NCBI GenBank assembly: GCA_964016885.1
Contig: OZ024744.1
Location: forward strand, 27,156,001-27,220,000
Reading direction: 5' to 3'
Source: Eledone cirrhosa
Lineage: Eukaryota
Length of the DNA: 64,000 bases
Shown here one piece after another: positions 51,701 to 61,100 of this stretch. Within the stretch, counting starts at the first letter, position 1. Every line of letters starts with the position of its first letter. The translations under genes were made by a program, and so were the position numbers. The notes beneath the pieces were generated by a model. That model saw only the letters and a program-made list of their open reading frames with translations, was not told the DNA's origin and did no database searches.

Positions 51701-54700
51701 CTCCACTGTTACAGCTAGGCATGTCAGTGCATGTGGTTGTAAGAAGGGAGGGAACCTTAGGGCCAGGGACACCAGAAGTCTCCACTGTTACGGCTAGGCA
51801 TCTCAGTGCATGTGGTGGTAAGAAGGGAGGTAACCTTAGGGCCAGGGACACCAGAAGTGTCCACTGCTACGGCTAGGCATCTCAGTGCATGTGGTGGTAA
51901 GAAGGGAGGTAACCTTAGGGCCAGGGACACCAGAAGTCTCCAGTGTTACGGCTAGGCATCTCAGTGCATGTGGTGGTAAGAAGGGAAGGAAACTTAGGGC
52001 CAGGGACACCAGAAGTCTCCACTGTTACGGCTAGGCATCTCAGTGCATGTGGTGGTAAGAAGGGAGGGAACCTTAGGGCCAAGGACACCAGAAGTCTCCA
52101 CTGTTACGGCTAGGCATCTCAGTGCATGTGGTGGTAAGAAGGGAGGTAACCTTAGGTCCAGGGACACCAGAAGTCTCCACTGCTACGGCTAGGCATCTCA
52201 GTGCATGTGGTGGTAAGAATGGAGGTAACCTTAGGGCCAGGGACAGCAGAAGTCTCCACTGCAACGGCTAGGCATCTCAGTGCATGTGGTGGTAAGAAGG
52301 GAGGTAACCTTAGGGCCAGGGTCACCAGAAGTCTACACTGTTACGGCTAGTTATATCAGTGCATGTGGTGGTAAGAAGGGAGGTAACCTTAGGGCCAGGG
52401 ACACCAGAAGACTCCACTGTTACGGCTAGGCATCTCAGTGCATGTGGTGGTAAGAAGGGAGGTAACCTTAGGTCCAAGGACACAAGAAGTCTCCACTGTT
52501 ACGGCTAGGCATCTCAGTGCATGTGGTGGTAAGAAGGGAGGTAACCTTAGGGCCAGGGAGACCAGACGTCTCCACTGCTACGGCTAGTCATCTCAGTGCA
52601 TGTGGTGGTAAGAATGGAGGTAACCTTAGGGCCAGGGACAGCAGAAGTCTCCACTGTTACGGCTAGGCATATCAGTGCATGTGGTGGTAAGAAGGGAGTT
52701 AACCTTAGGGCCAAGGACACCAGAAGTCTCCACTGTTACGGCTAGGCATCTCAGTGCATGTGTTGGTAAGAAGGGAGGTAACCTTAGGGCCAAGGACACC
52801 AGAAGTCTCCACTGTTACGCCTAGGCATCTCAGTGCATGTGGTGGTAAGAAGGGAGGTAACCTTAGGGCCAAGGACACCAGAAGTCTCCACTGCCACGGC
52901 TAGGCATCTCAGTGCATGTGGTGGTAAGAAGGAAGGTAACCATAGCGCCAGGGACACCAGAAGTCTCCACTGCTACGGCTAGGTATGTCAGTGCATGTGG
53001 TGGTAAGAAGGGAGGTAACCTTAGGGCCAAGGACACCAGAAGACTCCACTGTTACGGCTAGGCATGTCAGTGCATGTGGTGGTAAGAAGGGAGGTAACCT
53101 TAGGGCCAGGGACACCAGAAGACTCCACTGTTACGGCTAGGCATGTCAGTGCATGTGGTGGTAAGGAGGGAGATAACCTTAGGGCCAAGGACACCAGAAG
53201 TCTCCACTGTTACAGCTAGGCATCTCAGTGCATGTGGTGGTAAGAAGGGAGGTAAGCTAAGGGCCAGGGACACCAGAAGTCTCCACTGTTACGGCTAGGC
53301 ATCTCAGTGCATGAGGTGGTAAGAAGGGAGGTAACCTTAGGGCCAAGGACACCAGAAGTCTCCACTGTTACGGCTAGGCATCTCAGTGCATGTGGTGGTA
53401 AGAAGGAAGTAACCTTAGGGCCAGTGACACCAGAAGTCTCCACTGTTACGGCTAGGCATCTCAGTGCATGTGGTGGTAAGGAGGGAGGTAACCTTAGGGC
53501 CAGGCACACCAGAAGTCTCCACTGTTACGGCTAGGCATTTCAGTGCATGTGGTGGTAAGAAGGGAAGTAACCTTAGGGCCAGGGACACCAGAAGTCTCCA
53601 CTGTTACGGCTAGGCATCTCAGTGCATGAGGTGGTAAGAAGGGAGGTAACCTTAGGGCCAAGGACACCAGAAGTCTCCACTGTTACGGCTAGGCATCTCA
53701 GTGCATGTGGTGGTAAGAAGGGAGGTAACCTTAGGGCCAGGGACACCAGAAGACTCCACTGGTACGGCTAGGCATCTCAGTGCATGTGGTGGTAAGAAGG
53801 GAGGTAACCTTAGGGCCAAGGACACCAGAAGTCTCCACTGTTACGGCTAGGCATGTCAGTGCATGTGGTGGTAAGAAGGGAGGGAAACTTAGGGCCAGGG
53901 ACACCAGAAGTCTCCACTGTTACGGCTAGGCATCTCAGTGCATGTGGTGGTAAGAAGGGAGGTAACCTTAGGGCCAAGGACACCAGAAGTCTCCACTGTT
54001 ACGGCTAGGCATCTCAGTGCATCTGGTGGTAAGAAGGGAGGTAACCTTAGGGCCAGGGACACCAGAAGTCTCCACTGCTACGGCTAGGCATCTCAGTGCA
54101 TGTGGTGGTAAGAAGGAAGTAACCTTAGGGCCAGGGACACCAGAAGTCTCCACTGTTACGGCTAGGCATCTCAGTGCATGTGGTGGTAAGGAGGGAGGTA
54201 ACCTTAGGGCCAGGCACACCAGAAGTCTCCACTGTTACGGCTAGGCATTTCAGTGCATGTGGTGGTAAGAAGGGAAGTAACCTTAGGGCCAGCGACACCA
54301 GAAGTCTCCACTGTTACGGCTAGGCATCTCAGTGCATGTGGTGGTAAGAAGGGAGGTAACCTTAGGGCCAAGGACACCAGAAGTCTCCACTGTTACGGCT
54401 AGGCATCTCAGTGCATGTGGTGGTAAGAAGGGAGGTAACCTTAGGGCCAGGGACACCAGAAGTCTCCACTGCTACGGCTAGGCATCTCAGTGCATGTGGT
54501 GGTAAGAAGGAAGTAACCTTAGGGCCAGTGACACCAGAAGTCTCCACTGTTACGGCTAGGCATCTCAGTGCATGTGGTGGTAAGGAGGGAGGTAACCTTA
54601 GGGCCAGGCACACCAGAAGTCTCCACTGTTACGGCTAGGCATTTCAGTGCATGTGGTGGTAAGAAGGGAAGTAACCTTAGGGCCAGGGACACCAGAAGTC

Positions 54701-56900
54701 TCCACTGTTACGTCTAGGCATCTCAGTGCATGTGGTGGTAAGAAGGGAGGTAACCTTAGGGCCAAGGACACCAGAAGTCTCCACTGTTACGGCTAGGCAT
54801 CTCAGTGCATGTGGTGGTAAGAAGGGAGGTAACCTTAGGGCCAGGGACACCAGAAGACTCCACTGCTACGGCTAGGCATCTCAGTGCATGTGGTGGTAAA
54901 AGGGAGGTAACCTTAGGGCCAAGGACACCAGAAGTCTCCACTGTTACGGCTAGGCATGTCAGTGCATGTGGTGGTAAGAAGGGAGGGAACCTTAGGGCCA
55001 GGGACACCAGAAGTCTCCACTGTTACGGCTAGGCATCTCAGTGCATGTGGTGGTAAGAAGGGAGGTAACCTTAGGGCCAAGGACACCAGAAGTCTCCACT
55101 GTTACGGCTAGGCATCTCAGTGCATCTGGTGGTAAGAAGGGAGGTAACCTTAGGTCCAGGGACACCAGAAGTCTCCACTGCTACGGCTAGGCATCTCAGT
55201 GCATGTGGTGGTAAGAAGGAAGTAACCTTAGGGCCAGGGACACCAGAAGTCTCCACTGTTATGGCTAGGCATCTCAGTGCATGTGGTGGTAAGGAGGGAG
55301 GTAACCTTAGGGCCAGGCACACCAGAAGTCTCCACTGTTACGGCTAGGCATTTCAGTGCATGTGGTGGTAAGAAGGGAAGTAACCTTAGGGCCAGGGACA
55401 CCAGAAGTCTCCACTGTTACGGCTAGGCATCTCAGTGCATGTGGTGGTAAGAAGGGAGGTAACCTTAGGGCCAAGGACACCAGAAGTCTCCACTGTTACG
55501 GCTAGGCATCTCAGTGCATGTGGTGGTAAGAAGGGAGGTAACCTTAGGGCCAGGGACACCAGAAGTCTCCACTGCTACGGCTAGGCATCTCAGTGCATGT
55601 GGTGGTAAGAAGGGTGGTAACCTTAGGGCCAGGGACAGCAGAAGTCTCCACTGCAACGGCTAGGCATCTCAGTGCATGTGGTGGTAAGAAGGGAGGTAAC
55701 CTTAGGGCCAGGGACACCAGAAGTCTACACTGTTACGGCTAGTTATATCAGTGCATGTGGTGGTAAGAAGGGAAGTAACCTTAGGGCCAGGGACACCAGA
55801 AGACTCCACTGTTACGGCTAGGCATCTCAGTGCATGTGGTGGTAAGAAGGGAGGTAACCTTAGGTCCAAGGACACAAGAAGTCTCCACTGTTACGGCTAG
55901 ACATCTCAGTGCATGTGGTGGTAAGAAGGGAGGTAACCTTAGGGCCAGGGAGACCAGACGTCTCCACTGCTACGGCTAGTCATCTCAGTGCATGTGGTGG
56001 TAAGAATGGAGGTAACCTTAGGGCCAAGGACACCAGAAGTCTCCACTGTTACGCCTAGGCATCTCAGTGCATATGGTGGTAAGAAGGAAGTAACCTTAGG
56101 GCCAGGGACACCAGAAGTCTCCACTGCTACGGCTAGGCATCTCAGTGCATGTGGTGGTAAGAAGGGAGGTAACCTTAGGGCCAGGGACACCAAAAGTCTC
56201 CACTGGCACGGCTAGGCATCTCAGTGCATGTGGTGGTAAGAAGGGAGGTAACCTTAGGGCCAGGGACAGCAGAAGTCTCCACTGCTGCAGCTAGGCATCT
56301 CAGTGCATGTGGTGGTAAGAAGGGAGGTAACCTTAGGGCCAGGGACACCAGAAGTCTACACTGTTGCGGCTAGGCATATCAGTGCATGTGGTGGTAAGAA
56401 GGGAGGTAACCTTAGAGCCAGGGAGACCAGAAGACTCCACTGTTACGGCTAGGCATCTCAGTGCATGTGGTGGTAAGAATGAGGTAACCTTAGGGCCAGG
56501 GACACCAGAAGACTCCACTGCTACGGCTAGGCATCTCAGTGCATGTGGTGGTAAGAAGGGAAGTAACCTTAGGGCCAAGGACACCAGAAGTCTCCACTGT
56601 TACAGCTAGGCATGTCAGTGCATGTGGTTGTAAGAAGGGAGGGAACCTTAGGGCCAGGGACACCAGAAGTCTCCACTGTTACGGCTAGGCATCTCAGTGC
56701 ATGTGGTGGTAAGAAGGGAGGTAACCTTAGGGCCAGGGACACCAGAAGTGTCCACTGCTACGGCTAGGCATCTCAGTGCATGTGGTGGTAAGAAGGGAGG
56801 TAACCTTAGGGCCAGGGACACCAGAAGTCTCCAGTGTTACGGCTAGGCATCTCAGTGCATGTGGTGGTAAGAAGGGAAGGAAACTTAGGGCCAGGGACAC
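37880..56900 (+). repeat. Dispersed triplicated ~4 kb block (starting ~37880, ~48140, ~52790)
   Basis: Offsets are 10260, 4654 and 14914. Shared private variants are the GGTAAAAGGG deletion (~39981/50241/54895), TTACGTCT (~39794/50054/54708), TTATGGCT (~40346/50368/55259) and CTGTTGCGG/TTAGAGCC (~41450/51390/56360). Confidence 0.87.
42900..49140 (+). repeat. 39-40 monomer tandem duplication (offset 3158, then 3079 bp)
   Basis: ORF pairs are 42998/46156, 44182/47340, 45176/48255 and 45525/48604. Shared variants are the 1-bp insertion CTAGTCAATCTC (~44693/47851) and GTGGGGGTAAG (~43447/46605). Confidence 0.9.
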
Positions 56901-58179
56901 CAGAAGTCTCCACTGTTACGGCTAGTTATATCAGTGCATGTGGTGGTAAGAAGGGAGGTAACCTTAGGGCCAGGGACACCAGAAGACTCCACTGTTACGG
57001 CTAGGCATCTCAGTGCATGTGGTGGTAAGAAGGGAGGTAACCTTAGGTCCAAGGACACAAGAAGTCTCCACTGTTACGGCTAGGCATCTCAGTGCATGTT
57101 GTGGTAAGAAGGGAGGTAACCTTAGGGCCAGGGACAGCAGAAGTCTCCACTGTTACGGCTAGGCATATCAGTGCATGTGGTGGTAAGAAGGGAGTTAACC
57201 TTAGGGCCAAGGACACCAGAAGTCTCCACTGGCACGGCTAGGCATCTCAGTGCATGTGGTGGTAAGAAGGGAGGTAACCTTAGCGCCAGGGACACCAGAA
57301 GTCTCCACTGCTACGGCTAGGCATGTCAGTGCATGTGGTGGTAAGAAGGGAGGTAACCTTAGGGCCAAGGACACCAGAAGACTCCACTGTTACGGCTAGG
57401 CATGTCAGTGCATGTGGTGGTAAGAAGGGAGGTAACCTTAGGGCCCGGGACACCAGAAGACTCCACTGTTACGGCTAGGCATGTCAGTGCATGTGGTGGT
57501 AAGAAGGGAGCTAACCTTAGGGCCAAAGACACCAGAAGTCTCCACTGTTACGGCTAGGCATGTCAGTGCATGTGGTGGTAAGAAGGGAGGTAACCTTAGG
57601 GCCAAGGACACCAGAAGTCTCCACTGTTACGGCTAGGCATCTCAGTGCATGTGGTGGTAAGAAGGGAGGGAACCTTAGGGCCAGGGACACCAGAAGTCTC
57701 CACTGTTACGGCTAGGCATCTCAGTGCATGGGGTGGTAAGAAGGGAGGGAATCTTAGGGCCAGGCACATCAGAAGTCTCCACTGCTACGGCTAGGCATCT
57801 CAGTGCATGTGGTGGTAAGAAAGGAGGTAACCTTAGGTCCAGGGACACCAGAAGTCTCCACTGTTACGGCTAGGCATCTCAGTGCATGTGGTGGTAAGAA
57901 GGGAGGTAACCTTAGGGCCAGGGACACCAGAAGTCTCCACTGCTACTGCTAGGCATCTCAGTGCATGTGGTGGTAAGAAGGGAGGGAACCTTAGGTCCAG
58001 GGACACCAGAAGTCTCCACTGCTACGGCTAGGCATCTCAGTTCATGTGGTGGTAAGAAGGGAGGTAACCTTAGGGCCAAGGACACCAGAAGTCTCCACTG
58101 TTACGGCTAGGCATCTCAGTGCATTTGGTGGTAAGAAGGGAGGTAACCTTAGGTCCAGGGACACCAGAAGTCTCAACTG

Positions 58180-61100
58180 CTACGGCTAGGCATCTCAGTG
58201 CATGTGGTGGTAAGAAGGGAGGTAACCTTAGGGCCAGGGACAGCAGAAGTCTCCACTGCAACGGCTAGGCATCTCAGTGCATGTGGTGGTAAGACGGGAG
58301 GTTACCTTAGGGCCAGGGACACCAGAAGTCTACACTGTTACGGCTAGTTATATCAGTGCATGTGGTGGTAAGAAGGGAGGTAACCTTAGGGCCAGGGACA
58401 CCAGAAGACTCCACTGTTACGGCTAGGCATCTCAGTGCATGTGGTGGTAAGAAGGGAGGTAACCTTAGGTCCAAGGACCCAAGAAGTCTCCACTGTTACG
58501 GCTAGGCATCTCAGTGCATGTGGTGGTAAGAAGGGAGTTAACCTTAGGGCCAGGGAGACTAGACGTCTCCACTGCTACGGCTAGTCATCTCAGTGCATGT
58601 GGTGGTAAGAATGGAGGTAACCTTAGGGCCAAGGACACCAGAAGTCTCCACAGTTACGCCTAGGCATCTCAGTGCATGTGGTGGTAAGAAGGAAGTAACC
58701 TTAGGGCCAGGGTAACCAGAAGTCTCCACTGCTACGGCTAGGCATCTCAGTGCATGTGGTGGTAAGAAGGGAGGTAACCTTAGGGCCAGGGACAACAGAA
58801 GTCTCCACTGTTACGGCTAGGCATATCAGTGCATGTGGTGGTAAGAAGGGAGTTAACCTTAGGGCCAAGGACACCAGAAGTCTCCACTGTTACGGCTAGG
58901 CATCTCAGTGCATGTGTTGGTAAGAAGGGAGGTAACCTTAGGGCCAAGGACACCAGAAGTCTCCACTGTTACGGCTAGGCATGTCAGTGCATGTGGTGGT
59001 AAGAAGGGAGGGAACCTTAGGGACAGGGACACCAGAAGTCTCCACTGTTACGGCTAGGCATCTCAGTGCATGTGGTGGTAAGAAGGGAGGTAACCTTAGG
59101 GACAGGCACACCAGAAGTCTCCACTGCTACGGCTAGGCATCTCAGTGCATGTGGTGGTAAGAAAGGAGGTAACCTTTGTGCCAGGGACACCAGAAGTCTC
59201 CACTGTTACGGCTAGGCATGTCAGTGCGTGTGGTGGTAAGGAGGGAGGTAACCTTAGGGCCAAGGACACCAGAAGTCTCCACTGTTACGGCTAGGCATGT
59301 CAGTGCATGTGGTCGTAAGAAGGGAGGTAACCTTAGGGCCAGGGATAGCAGAAGTCTCCACTGTTACGGCTAGGCATCTCAGTGCATGTGGTGGTAAGAA
59401 GGGAGGTAACCTTAGGGCAGGGACACCAGAAGTCTCCACTGCTACGGCTAGGCATCTCAGTGCATGTGGTGGTAAGAAGGAAGTAACCTTAGGGCCAGGG
59501 ACACCAGAAGTCTCCACTGCTACGGCTAGGCATCTCAGTGCATGTGGTGGTAAGAAGGGGGGTAACCTTAGGTCCAGGGACACCAGAAGTCTCCACTGCT
59601 ACGGCTAGGCATCTCAGTTCATATGGTGGTAAGAAAGGAGGTAACCTTAGGGCCAAGGACACCAGAAGTCTCCACTGTTACGGCTAGGCATCTCAGTGCA
59701 TGTGGTAGTTAGAAGGGAGGTAACCTTAGGGCCAAGGACACCAGAAGTCTCCACTGCTACGGCTAGGCATCTCAGTGCATGTGGTGGTAAGAAAAGAGGT
59801 AACCTTAGGGCGAGGGACAGCAGAAGTCTCCACTGCTACGGCTAGGCATCTCAGTGCATGTGGTGGTAAGAAGGGAGGTAACCTTAGGGCCAGGGACACC
59901 AGAAGTCTACACTGTTACGGCTAGGCATATCAGTGCATGTGGTGGTAAGAAGGGAGGTAACCTTAGGGCCCGGGACACCAGAAGACTCCACTTTTACGGC
60001 TAGGCATGTCAGTGCATGTGGTGGTAAGAAGGGAGCTAACCTTAGGGCCAAAGACACCAGAAGTCTCCACTGTTACGGCTAGGCATCTCAGTGCATGTGG
60101 TGGTAAGAAGGGAGGTAACCTTAGGTCCAGGGACACCAGACGTCTCCACTGCTACGGCTAGGCATCTCAGTGCATGTGGTGGTAAGAAGGGAGGTAAACT
60201 TAGGGCCAAGGACACCAGAAGTCTCCACTGTTACGGCTAGGCATCTCAGTGCATGTGTTGGTAAGAAGGGAGGTAACCTTAGGGACAGGGACACCAGAAG
60301 ACTCCACTGCTACGGCTAGGCATCTCAGTGCATGTGGTGGTAAGAGGGAGGTAACCTTAGGGACAGGCACACCAGAAGTCTCCACTGCTACGGCTAGGCA
60401 TCTCAGTGCATGTGGTGGTAAGAAAGGAGGCAACCTTTGTGCCAGGGACACCAGAAGTCTCCACTGTTACGGCTAGGCATGTCAGTGCGTGTGGTGGTAA
60501 GGAGGGAGGTAACCTTAGGGCCAAGGACACCAGATGTCTCCACTGTTACGGCTAGGCATGTCAGTGCATGTGGTGGTAAGAAGGGAGGTAACCTTAGGGC
60601 CAGGGACAGCAGAAGTCTCCACTGCTACGGCTAGGCATCTCAGTAAATGTGGTGGTAAGAGGGGAGGTAACCTTAGGGCCAGGGACACCAGAAGTCTCCA
60701 CTGTTACGGCTAGGCATCCCACTTCATGTGGTGGTAAGAAGGGAGGTAACCTTAGGGCCAAGGACACCAGAAGTCTCCACTGCTACGGCTAGGCATCTCA
60801 GTGCATGTGGTGGTAAGAAGGGAGGTAACCTTAGGGCCAAGGACACCAGAAGTTACCACTGCTACGACTAGGCATCTCAGTGCATGTGGTGGTAAGAAGG
60901 GAGGTAACCTTAGGGTCAGGGACACCAGAAGACTCCACTGTTACGGCTAGGCATCTCAGTGCATGTGGTGGTAAGGAGGGAGATAACCTTAGGGCCAAGG
61001 ACACCAGAAGTCTCCACTGTTACGGCTAGGCATCTCAGTGCATGTGGTGGTAAGAAGGGAGGTAACCTTAGGGCAGGGACATCAGAAGTCTCCACTGCTA

